Below are positions 1 to 6,848 of a stretch of DNA of 14,784 bases, piece after piece. Source of the DNA: an uncultured Eubacteriales bacterium (GTDB lineage: Bacteria > Bacillota > Clostridia > TANB77 > RGIG9151); the NCBI GenBank assembly GCA_964478905.1, contig CAYZJZ010000014.1, forward strand, positions 1-14,784. The letters are read 5' to 3'. Every line of letters begins with the position of its first letter. Position 1 is the first letter of the stretch. Position numbers and translations under genes: made by a program. The notes below the pieces were generated by a model that saw only the letters and a list, made by a program, of their open reading frames with translations, had not been told where the DNA came from and searched no databases.

Positions 1-1
1 T

Positions 2-130
2 ACAAGAAAAGGGTATCAGTTAGTGAGTAAAACAGATTGGATGAAATTTGCAATCAATATTGAAAGACTAAGAAAAAGAGGTCTAGTATTTCTACTAGAC
101 CAATATCGAAAAGTTCATATTGAAATATAA
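2..130 (+). CDS. C-terminal fragment (42 aa, truncated by the window edge) of a group II intron-encoded reverse transcriptase/maturase
   Basis: Frame 2 reads TRKGYQLVSKTDWMKFAINIERLRKRGLVFLLDQYRKVHIEI* with stop TAA at 128-130. It matches the recalled C-terminal signature of bacterial group II IEPs (TRKGYW..S..[17]..GL.SL...Y) with the same spacing. It is too short to appear in the supplied ORF track. Confidence 0.72.
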   Translation, partial: TRKGYQLVSKTDWMKFAINIERLRKRGLVFLLDQYRKVHIEI

Positions 131-136
131 ATTGAA

Positions 137-166
137 CCGCCGTATGCCGAACGGCACGTACGGTGG
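137..166 (+). ncRNA. Group II intron domain V (catalytic hairpin), CGC-triad variant
   Basis: The sequence is CCGCCGUAUGCC-GAAC-GGCACGUACGGUGG. A 9-bp basal helix runs 137-145/158-166 with G139.U164 and U145.G158 wobbles. There is a 2-nt AC bulge at 156-157 and a 3-bp distal helix capped by GAAC. The core is near-identical to the classic domain V consensus (xAGCCGUAUG...CACGUACGGUUx), but CGC replaces AGC, as in class C introns. The element is strikingly GC-rich against AT-rich surroundings. Confidence 0.8.
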
Positions 167-168
167 TG

Positions 169-208
169 TGAGAGGGAATAAATAAAATAATTATTTATTC
201 TCTACTCG
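169..208 (+). ncRNA. Group II intron domain VI with candidate branch-point adenosine (A204)
   Basis: It lies 2 nt after domain V. The upper helix 173-185/191-203 has 13 bp with one G.U. A204 is unpaired on the 3' side, and the basal pairs are G172-C205, A171-T206 and G170-C207. The A is 7th from the predicted 3' end at 210. Confidence 0.62.
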
Positions 209-229
209 ATTTAGAAAGGATTATGTGGT

Positions 230-1510
230 ATGAAAAAAGTTGCATTTTATACTTTAGGTTGTAAGGTTAATCAATATGAAACGGATTCTATGAAAGCGAT
301 TTTTGAGAATGGCGGATATGAAATTGTTGATTTTAATGCGGTTGCTGATGTTTATGTAATTAATACTTGTACGGTAACTGCTATGGGGGATAAAAAGTCT
401 AGACAAATTATTCATTTAGCTAAGAATAGTAATGAAAATAGTATAGTTATTGTTACCGGGTGTATGGCTCAGGGTATAATTCGTGATAATAAGACGATAG
501 ACGGAGCGGATATAGTAATTGGGAACGAAGATAGAAAAAATATATTGACTATTTTGAATGAATATTCAGGGGAAAGACTAATTAATGTGCGTGAAATAAA
601 AAATGAAAAAGAGTTTTGGGAGAATGACGGAATAATTTCTGAGGATAGGACTCGTGCATATATAAAAATTCAAGATGGGTGTGATAGGTATTGTTCGTAT
701 TGTATAATTCCTTATGTAAGAGGGCCAATACGAAGTAGAGATTTTAATGAAGTTATAAATGAAGTAAAAAATATGGTGAAAAAAGGCTTTGGTGAGGTTG
801 TATTAATTGGAATTCATCTTGCATCTTATGGAAAGGATACCAAAGATAAAAATTTGATGGATGTTTTGGAGGAGCTAAATTCAATAGAAGGAATAAAAAG
901 AATTCGTTTAGGCTCGCTTGAACCGTCATTTATTTCCGAGGAAAACATAGAGCGGATGAAAAAACTTGATAAGGTTTGCAAGCATTTTCATTTATCGCTT
1001 CAAAGTGGATGTGATACAGTTCTGAAAAGAATGAACAGAAAATATACAACCATAGAGTATGAGGAAAAAGTTAATATGATTAGAAAAGCTTTTCCATACG
1101 CGGCGATAACAACTGATGTAATTGTTGGTTTTCCCGGCGAGACGGAGGAAGAATTTAATCAAACGTATGATTATTTAAAAAGAATAAAGTTGAGCAAAAT
1201 GCATATTTTCCCATATTCTAAACGGTATGGAACTCCTGCGGCTAAGATGCCAAACCAAATTGAAAAGTCGGTTAAGAAGGAACGTGCTGATAAACTTATA
1301 AATTTGTCGCACATTAATGAAATTGAGTTTGCAAAAAGCTTTATAGGAAAAGAAATAGAGGTAATTTTAGAAAACCGTGTTAAAGATGGATATAGAGAGG
1401 GATATTCTAAAGAGTATGTGCCTGTTTTGTATAAGGGTGGGAATGCTAAAGACATTGTAAAAGGAATTGGCAAAGAGGTATTAAAAGACGGCGAAATTGT
1501 AATTTGCTAA
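230..1510 (+). CDS. mtaB: tRNA (N6-threonylcarbamoyladenosine) methylthiotransferase MtaB, a MiaB-like radical SAM enzyme
   Basis: The N-terminal UPF0004 domain (FYTLGCKVNQYE...NTCTVT...GC) is present. So are the radical SAM CxxxCxxC motif (CDRYCSYC) and a C-terminal TRAM-like segment. The length of 426 aa fits YqeV/MtaB. The SD GAAAGGA lies at 213-219. Confidence 0.88.
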   Translation: MKKVAFYTLGCKVNQYETDSMKAIFENGGYEIVDFNAVADVYVINTCTVTAMGDKKSRQIIHLAKNSNENSIVIVTGCMAQGIIRDNKTIDGADIVIGNEDRKNILTILNEYSGERLINVREIKNEKEFWENDGIISEDRTRAYIKIQDGCDRYCSYCIIPYVRGPIRSRDFNEVINEVKNMVKKGFGEVVLIGIHLASYGKDTKDKNLMDVLEELNSIEGIKRIRLGSLEPSFISEENIERMKKLDKVCKHFHLSLQSGCDTVLKRMNRKYTTIEYEEKVNMIRKAFPYAAITTDVIVGFPGETEEEFNQTYDYLKRIKLSKMHIFPYSKRYGTPAAKMPNQIEKSVKKERADKLINLSHINEIEFAKSFIGKEIEVILENRVKDGYREGYSKEYVPVLYKGGNAKDIVKGIGKEVLKDGEIVIC

Positions 1511-1589
1511 TGACTAAATGATAGGAATTAATTTCCGAAGAAAATTGCCGATATGTATAACGAGAGAATTTTTGAAGGGAGATACATTT

Positions 1590-2426
1590 ATGGCTGAAGA
1601 GGATAATGAACAACATTTTGGTAAAATTCGTGATATTGTGGATAAAATTTTTAAGAAAGAGGAAGCTAATGCTGAAGAGGAACTTTTAAATATAGTTCAA
1701 GAGGCTGAAGAAGATGGCGAATTTAATGAACAAGAAGGAGAAATAATTCGTAATGCTATTGGTTTTAACAGTCTTGAGGCGGTAGATATTTTAACTCCAA
1801 GAGTTGATGTTGTGGCGATTTATAAAAATGAGTCGGTAGAGGAAATACAAGAAAAGATTTTTGAAAGCGGTTTTTCGAGGTTTCCTGTGTATGATGAGGA
1901 TATAGACGATATTGTCGGAATTATTAATGAAAAGGATTTTTACAAATTTGTTATACATAAAAAAGAGCCACCGACAAGTATAATAAAGCCAGTTCAGTTT
2001 GTTAGCGAGACTATAAAGATTTCTAAGTTATTAAAGCTTTTACAACAATCTAAGTCACATATGGCGATTGTGGCTGATGAGTATGGCGGAACTATGGGAA
2101 TTGTTACGCTAGAAGATATTTTGGAGGAGCTTGTTGGTGAAATTTGGGATGAACATGATAAGGTTAATCCTGAAATTGAAAAGGTATCTAACGATGAATA
2201 TTGTGTAGCTGGTGGGCTTAATCTTGAAAAGTTTTTTGAATTTTTTGATATTGAGAATAAATTTGAAGATATAACTACTGTAAGTGGTTGGATTATTGAA
2301 CAATTGGGAAGAATTCCGAGTGAGGGCGAAGGATTTGAATATGAAAATTTAAAAGTTACAGTTAAGAAAAAGGATTTTAGAAGAATTATAAAAGTTAGCA
2401 TAAAGGTAGAGGAGAAAGCTGAATAA
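1590..2426 (+). CDS. corC: CorC/YbeX-like soluble CBS-pair + CorC_HlyC (transporter-associated) domain protein with no DUF21 membrane domain
   Basis: It has an acidic N-terminus, then a CBS pair (TPRVDVV...SRFPVYDEDIDDIVGIINEKD...SHMAIVADEYGGTMGIVTLEDILEELVGEI.DE.D) and a CorC_HlyC tail (TVSGWIIEQLGRIPSEGE...RRIIKV). The architecture and size match E. coli CorC. I prefer the start at ATG 1590 (SD GAAGGGAG at 1574-1581) over the track start at 1518, which has no SD. Confidence 0.8.
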   Translation: MAEEDNEQHFGKIRDIVDKIFKKEEANAEEELLNIVQEAEEDGEFNEQEGEIIRNAIGFNSLEAVDILTPRVDVVAIYKNESVEEIQEKIFESGFSRFPVYDEDIDDIVGIINEKDFYKFVIHKKEPPTSIIKPVQFVSETIKISKLLKLLQQSKSHMAIVADEYGGTMGIVTLEDILEELVGEIWDEHDKVNPEIEKVSNDEYCVAGGLNLEKFFEFFDIENKFEDITTVSGWIIEQLGRIPSEGEGFEYENLKVTVKKKDFRRIIKVSIKVEEKAE

Positions 2427-2440
2427 CTTTTAGTGTATAA

Positions 2441-2469
2441 TTGACAATAGTTAATTGATAATATATCAT
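2441..2469 (+). promoter_or_regulatory. Candidate sigmaA promoter for the DUF21-CBS gene
   Basis: TTGACA at 2441-2446, a 17-nt spacer and TATCAT at 2464-2469. It overlaps an imperfect inverted repeat TTAATTGAT..ATCATTAA. Confidence 0.45.
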
Positions 2470-2508
2470 TAATCATAAATATAATTTATGAGGGGGATTT
2501 TTATAAAA

Positions 2509-3861
2509 ATGGAAGATGGTAATTTGTTACTTCAAATTTGCTTTTTGATTTTTTTGATTTTTACCAATGCCTTTTTTGCTGCATCCGAAATGGCGATAGT
2601 TACGCTAAATGATGCGAAAATAAAGAAGATGGCTGAAGATGGAAATAAGAAAGCTAAACAAATTGAAAAGTTGACTAAAGAACCGAGTAAGTTTTTAGCT
2701 ACTATTCAGGTTGGTGTAACCTTATCCGGTTTGCTTGCCAGTGCGGTTGCTGCTGATAGCTTTTCGAATAAGATTATGTATGCAATGCCGAAAAGTGTAT
2801 TTAATTATATTCCGGAAGATGCTTTGGCTGTTATAGTATTGATTATAATTACGATAGTTTTGTCATATTTTACTTTAGTTTTTGGTGAATTAGTTCCTAA
2901 GAGAATTGCTATGCAACATAGTGAAGCTTTGTCGATGATGGTAATTGGAATTTTAACTTTCTTTGAAAAAATTGCAAGACCGTTTGTAAAGCTACTTACT
3001 GCATCTACAAACGGATTAATACGTCTTACCGGTGGGGATCCTAATGCGAATGAGGAGAAGGTTACTGAAGAAGAAATTCGTATGATGGTTGACCTTGGAG
3101 AAGAAAAAGGTGCTATTGAAGTTAATGAAAAAGAAATGATTGAAAATGTGTTTGATTTTAACAATATAACTGCGGCTGAGGTTATGACTCATAGAAAGGA
3201 TATTATTGCTATTCCGATAAATGCTACATTACAAGATGTAATGGATATTATGAAGGAAGAAATGTTTACAAGATATCCTGTTTATGAGGAAGATATTGAC
3301 AATATTGTCGGAATGTTTCATTCTAAAGATTTAATTAAGTATTTAGGTGGCTCAGAAGATAAATTTAATATGAAAGATGCTATGCGTCCTATTTATTTCG
3401 TACCGGATTCTAAGGTTATTGATGATATATTTAGTGAGCTTAAGAAGAATAAAATGTATATGGCCGCTGTTGTTGACGAATATGGTGGAACAGCCGGAAT
3501 TTTAACAGTTGAGGATTTAATGGAACAAATTGTTGGAAATATTTTTGACGAATATGACGGCGAGGAAGTTATGGATTTTACACCGATTGATGAGAATACA
3601 CAACTAGTAGACGGAACTGTTAGCTTGGTGGAAGTTGCGAGAAAGTTTGATAAAAAATTGCCGGTGGATGATTATGATACATTGGGCGGTTTTATTATGG
3701 GACATTTGGGAATTGTTCCTGAAGAAGGCAGTAAGCCGGAGTTTGAGTTTAACGGTTTATTATTTAAAGTTGAGGAAATTGTGGAAAAGAGAATTACAAA
3801 GGTAAAAATTTGTGATACAGGTGAACCGTCAGATAAGCATATAGAAAAAGAAGAAGAATAA
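2509..3861 (+). CDS. Hemolysin-family / CNNM-type membrane protein (DUF21 TM domain + CBS pair + CorC_HlyC), putative divalent cation (Mg2+/Co2+) efflux or transport
   Basis: The N-terminal ~190 aa are hydrophobic and carry the DUF21 signature (FFAASEMAIVTLN, GELVPKRIA). A CBS pair follows (VMTHRKD...TRYPVYEEDIDNIVGMFHSKD...MAAVVDEYGGTAGILTVEDLMEQIVG.I.DEYD), then a CorC_HlyC tail (TLGGFIMGHLGIVPEEG). Start ATG 2509 follows AGGGGGA at 2491-2497. The alternative start at 2488 overlaps the SD. Confidence 0.85.
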   Translation: MEDGNLLLQICFLIFLIFTNAFFAASEMAIVTLNDAKIKKMAEDGNKKAKQIEKLTKEPSKFLATIQVGVTLSGLLASAVAADSFSNKIMYAMPKSVFNYIPEDALAVIVLIIITIVLSYFTLVFGELVPKRIAMQHSEALSMMVIGILTFFEKIARPFVKLLTASTNGLIRLTGGDPNANEEKVTEEEIRMMVDLGEEKGAIEVNEKEMIENVFDFNNITAAEVMTHRKDIIAIPINATLQDVMDIMKEEMFTRYPVYEEDIDNIVGMFHSKDLIKYLGGSEDKFNMKDAMRPIYFVPDSKVIDDIFSELKKNKMYMAAVVDEYGGTAGILTVEDLMEQIVGNIFDEYDGEEVMDFTPIDENTQLVDGTVSLVEVARKFDKKLPVDDYDTLGGFIMGHLGIVPEEGSKPEFEFNGLLFKVEEIVEKRITKVKICDTGEPSDKHIEKEEE

Positions 3862-3874
3862 CGGAGTGGATTAT

Positions 3875-4585
3875 ATGGAATGTAGATTACAGAAGTATCT
3901 TGCTGAATGTGGTGTGGCTTCAAGGCGAAAGGCTGAAGAACTTATTTTATCCGGTAAGATTAAGGTTAACGGCGGGGTTGTTACTGAACTGGGGACTAAG
4001 GTAAATCCGTCTCGTGATAAGGTAATGTATAATAATAAATTGGTAAAGCTTGAGAAAAACAAGGTTTATATTTTGCTTAATAAGCCTTCTGGCTATATAA
4101 GTGCGGCAAAGGATCAATTTGAAAATCCTTCTATCCTTCATTTGGTAAAAGATATAAATGTAAGGCTTTATCCTGTCGGAAGACTAGATAAGGATACAAC
4201 CGGAGCTATTATTTTAACTAATGATGGAGATTTTTCATATAAGCTTACTCATCCGAAGCATGAGATTAGCAAAACGTATATTGCTGAAGTTGAAGGCATT
4301 CCGACGGCGGAGGAAATGCGTACTTTTGCTAAAGGGGTTTATATTGATGGAAAAAAGACATATCCGGCTAAAATACGAATTGTAAAAGAAATTAAGAAAA
4401 ATTCTATTGTTGAGATTGTTATTCACGAAGGGCGAAATAGACAAGTTAAAAAGATGTGTGAGGCCATTGGTCATAAAGTTATTACGTTACATAGACAAGC
4501 TATTGGAAGAATTAGCATAGATGGAGTTAAAGAAGGTAAGTATAGACATTTAACACCAAAAGAAATTCAAGATTTGACTAGATAA
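3875..4585 (+). CDS. rluB: RsuA/RluB-family pseudouridine synthase with an N-terminal S4 RNA-binding domain
   Basis: The S4 motif is [30 protein letters not shown]. The catalytic motif GRLDKDTTG and [11 protein letters not shown] are typical of RluB/RsuA. SD GGAG at 3863-3866 sits 8 nt before ATG 3875; the track start at 3866 is a GTG overlapping the SD. Confidence 0.85.
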   Translation: MECRLQKYLAECGVASRRKAEELILSGKIKVNGGVVTELGTKVNPSRDKVMYNNKLVKLEKNKVYILLNKPSGYISAAKDQFENPSILHLVKDINVRLYPVGRLDKDTTGAIILTNDGDFSYKLTHPKHEISKTYIAEVEGIPTAEEMRTFAKGVYIDGKKTYPAKIRIVKEIKKNSIVEIVIHEGRNRQVKKMCEAIGHKVITLHRQAIGRISIDGVKEGKYRHLTPKEIQDLTR

Positions 4586-4598
4586 AGGAGGATTTGTT

Positions 4599-5762
4599 AT
4601 GAACAATAGAAAGTTCTTTACGTCTGAGTCAGTTACCGAAGGACATCCGGATAAAATGTGTGATGCTATTTCTGATGCTATTTTGGATGCGATTTTAGCT
4701 GAAGATCCTATGGCTAGAGTTGCTTGTGAAACTACGGCTACTACTGGTTTGGTTCATGTTATGGGGGAAATCAGTACTGAAAAATGCTATGTTGATATTC
4801 AAAAAATAGTTCGTGATACTGTCTTGGAAATAGGATACGATAGAGCGAAGTATGGTTTTGACGGTAATACTTGCGGAGTAATTACGAGTATAGATGAACA
4901 GTCCGGCGATATAGCTATGGGAGTAGATTGTTCTTTGGAAGAAAAAAATTCGGAGATTATCGGACTGGGAGCAGGCGACCAAGGAATGATGTTTGGTTAT
5001 GCTTGTGATGAGACTCCGGAATTAATGCCTATGCCGATTTCTCTTGCTCATAAGTTAGCTAGACGTCTTACGGAAGTTAGGAAAAATGGGACATTGAATT
5101 ATTTAAGACCTGACGGCAAGACTCAAGTTACGGTAGAGTATGATGAGGCTGACAAGCCTTTTAGGGTTGATACTGTTGTTGTTTCAGCTCAACATTCGGA
5201 TGATGTTGGCGGCGAAAGGTTAAGATACGATATTATTGATAATGTTATAAATGCTGTAATTCCGAAGGAGCTAATTGACGCGAATACAAAGATATATGTA
5301 AATCCTACCGGAAGATTTGTAATAGGTGGTCCGCAAGGGGATTCGGGATTAACTGGAAGAAAGATTATAGTAGATACTTATGGCGGATATGCTCGTCATG
5401 GTGGAGGAGCTTTTTCAGGAAAAGATCCTACAAAAGTAGACAGGTCAGCGTCTTATATGGCGAGATATATTGCTAAAAATATAGTGGCGAATAAGCTGGC
5501 TAAAAAGTGTGAAATTCAGTTAGCTTATGCGATAGGAGTTGCGAAACCTGTATCAGTTAGAATTGATACTTTTGGAACAAGCGAAAAGTCTGAAGATGAA
5601 CTTGTGAAGATAGTTATGGATAATTTTGATTTAACTCCGAGTGGGATTATACAAGAACTAAATTTAAGGAGACCGATATATAAACAAACAGCTGCATATG
5701 GCCATTTTGGTAGAGATGATTTAGATTTGCCGTGGGAGAAGGTAGAAAAAACTCTTGGCTAA
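4599..5762 (+). CDS. metK: S-adenosylmethionine synthetase (methionine adenosyltransferase)
   Basis: MetK signatures are present: [45 protein letters not shown]...[27 protein letters not shown] lies at 4584-4591. Confidence 0.97.
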   Translation: MNNRKFFTSESVTEGHPDKMCDAISDAILDAILAEDPMARVACETTATTGLVHVMGEISTEKCYVDIQKIVRDTVLEIGYDRAKYGFDGNTCGVITSIDEQSGDIAMGVDCSLEEKNSEIIGLGAGDQGMMFGYACDETPELMPMPISLAHKLARRLTEVRKNGTLNYLRPDGKTQVTVEYDEADKPFRVDTVVVSAQHSDDVGGERLRYDIIDNVINAVIPKELIDANTKIYVNPTGRFVIGGPQGDSGLTGRKIIVDTYGGYARHGGGAFSGKDPTKVDRSASYMARYIAKNIVANKLAKKCEIQLAYAIGVAKPVSVRIDTFGTSEKSEDELVKIVMDNFDLTPSGIIQELNLRRPIYKQTAAYGHFGRDDLDLPWEKVEKTLG

Positions 5763-5853
5763 ATTTTTAGTTTTGTTGAAACTCTCTACTTTGCATAATC
5801 TCGATTGATGTAGGGAGTGGTAATTCAGTTATAAAGGAGAATAGTGAATAAAG

Positions 5854-5896
5854 GGCTAAGGTTTTATGTGGAGGCATATTGCTTTAGTCTTTTTTT
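5854..5896 (+). terminator. Candidate rho-independent terminator after metK
   Basis: The stem GGCTAAGG (5854-5861) pairs with CTTTAGTC (5882-5889): 8 bp, of which 2 are G.U. The loop is 20 nt and a T7 run follows at 5890-5896. The stem is weak and the loop large. Confidence 0.5.
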
Positions 5897-6060
5897 GTCG
5901 TTAAAAAATTTGCTTTTGTAGAGAACGGTCCATTCTGTGTAACTTCTGCTATTTAAAGCGAAGCTTTAGAGAATCAATTGTTGACTGTTCTGTTGTTGAA
6001 CTTTTCGCAAAGACCATATGGTGTTGACAATATTTGTTTTGAAAAAATACGTAAAATCTA

Positions 6061-6089
6061 TTGACATTTAACATGCAAGGTGGTATTTT
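6061..6089 (+). promoter_or_regulatory. SigmaA-type promoter of the hrcA-grpE-dnaK-dnaJ operon
   Basis: TTGACA at 6061-6066, a 17-nt spacer, and an extended -10 TGgTATTTT (TG at 6081-6082, hexamer at 6084-6089). It sits immediately upstream of CIRCE, the canonical arrangement. Confidence 0.7.
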
Positions 6090-6100
6090 TAATCTTGAAA

Positions 6101-6127
6101 TTAGCACTCTTTTAGCTTGAGTGCTAA
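6101..6127. promoter_or_regulatory. CIRCE operator (HrcA binding site)
   Basis: TTAGCACTC-TTTTAGCTT-GAGTGCTAA is a perfect match to the consensus TTAGCACTC-N9-GAGTGCTAA. It lies between the promoter and the hrcA SD. Confidence 0.97.
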
Positions 6128-6148
6128 TCAAGAAAAAAGGTGATAAAA

Positions 6149-6826
6149 ATGTTTCTTGATGATAGGAAAAAACGCATATTACAAGCTATTGTAGACTATT
6201 ATTTAGATAATGCTGAACCTATTGCCTCGAAAATTATTGCTAACGATTACGGCTTAGAGCTGAGTTCGGCTACGATTCGGAATGAAATGGCTGAGATGGA
6301 AGCGATGGGGCTGATAGAGAAACCGCATACGTCTTCCGGACGTATTCCGTCTGATTTAGGATACAGGTATTATGTAGATGATATAATGAATGTAGATAAT
6401 GTTGATGAAGACGAAATTGTAAAAGTGCTTGAGAGTATAAATAAAGGAGATAAAGATATACTTCAAGCGATTTCTATGGCGTTATCCGGTGCAACTCATT
6501 ATACGTCGATTTCTTTAGATGATGATACTATGTTTTTATATGGAAGAAATAATGTATTTGATTATCCGGAATTTAATGACGTGGAGAGTATTAGAAAGTT
6601 TATGTATTTGCTTGAAGAAGAAGAACTGATAAGAGAGGTTATTTCTAATTCACATGGCCCTAACATTACTGTAAAGATAGGAAAAGAAAATACCTTAGAA
6701 CAAATGCAAGATTACAGCTTGATTACTTTTTCTTACAGGGATAAAGGGGATATTGCGATAGTAGGTCCAAGGCGTATGGATTATAGCAAAGTTATTGGTT
6801 ATATTAAATATTTATTGGATAGCTAA
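6149..6826 (+). CDS. hrcA: Heat-inducible transcriptional repressor HrcA, unusually short form (225 aa)
   Basis: The N-terminal wHTH is present (RKKRILQAIVDYY...EPIASK......SSATIRNEMAEME.MGLIEKPHTSSGRIPSD.GYRYYVD). The C-terminal HrcA signature is also present (PEF.D....R.....LEE.E........GP.ITVKIGKEN....M.DYSLIT.SY......IAIVGP.RMDYSKVI). SD AAGGTGAT at 6137-6144 precedes ATG 6149; the track start at 6140 is a GTG inside the SD. Confidence 0.9.
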   Translation: MFLDDRKKRILQAIVDYYLDNAEPIASKIIANDYGLELSSATIRNEMAEMEAMGLIEKPHTSSGRIPSDLGYRYYVDDIMNVDNVDEDEIVKVLESINKGDKDILQAISMALSGATHYTSISLDDDTMFLYGRNNVFDYPEFNDVESIRKFMYLLEEEELIREVISNSHGPNITVKIGKENTLEQMQDYSLITFSYRDKGDIAIVGPRRMDYSKVIGYIKYLLDS

Positions 6827-6848
6827 AAATACCTAAGGAGGTTATAAA

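Larger units (their letters stand above)
1..210 (+). mobile_element. 3'-terminal segment of a bacterial group II intron (class C-like): IEP C-terminus, domain IV closure, domain V and domain VI. The 5' part lies upstream of the window.
   Basis: An IEP-like ORF tail ends at 130. A domain V hairpin follows at 137-166 and a domain VI hairpin with bulged A204 at 169-208. The predicted AY (A209 T210) 3' end places the bulged A seventh from the end. Confidence 0.78.

Noticed and set aside
137-170. GC-rich hairpin after an ORF stop, which at first looks like an intrinsic terminator or REP-like element
   Set aside because: No T-tract follows on the + strand. The sequence and bulge geometry match group II intron domain V instead, so it is reported as such.
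2427-2508. A possible Mg2+ (M-box) riboswitch upstream of the CNNM/DUF21 transporter gene
   Set aside because: The spacer is only 82 nt, far shorter than an M-box aptamer plus expression platform, and no conserved M-box helices are evident.
1171-4982. Multiple antisense or alternative-frame ORFs (1171..1473, 1994..2476, 2109..2303, 2805..3164, 3672..3923, 3871..4062, 3947..4141, 4235..4474, 4695..4982)
   Set aside because: All lie inside, or mostly inside, well-supported sense-strand genes. Their translations are low-complexity and S/I/F/L/N-rich, which is typical of antisense frames in AT-rich genomes. None has an SD.
5844-5921. A 25-codon GTG-initiated ORF (MNKGLRFYVEAYCFSLFLSLKNLLL) behind an AAGGAGA motif downstream of metK
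   Set aside because: The SD-to-start spacing is only 4 nt and the start codon is non-ATG. The ORF also runs through the predicted metK terminator hairpin and T-tract, so it is most likely fortuitous.
6024-6057. A second TTGACA hexamer upstream of the hrcA promoter, as a possible tandem promoter
   Set aside because: The best -10-like hexamer (TAAAAT at 6052-6057) is 22 nt away, and the properly spaced hexamers are poor (ATACGT). It is retained only as context in the spacer finding.
5949-6131. A 60-aa ORF on the - strand in the metK-hrcA spacer
   Set aside because: It overlaps the hrcA promoter and the CIRCE element, has no SD and shows no recognisable protein features. It is probably a chance ORF in AT-rich DNA.
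6140-6826. The short hrcA as a pseudogene or fragment
   Set aside because: The conserved N- and C-terminal HrcA blocks are in the same uninterrupted frame, with a good SD and a perfect CIRCE upstream. There is no frameshift or internal stop, so I treat it as an intact short variant rather than a pseudogene.
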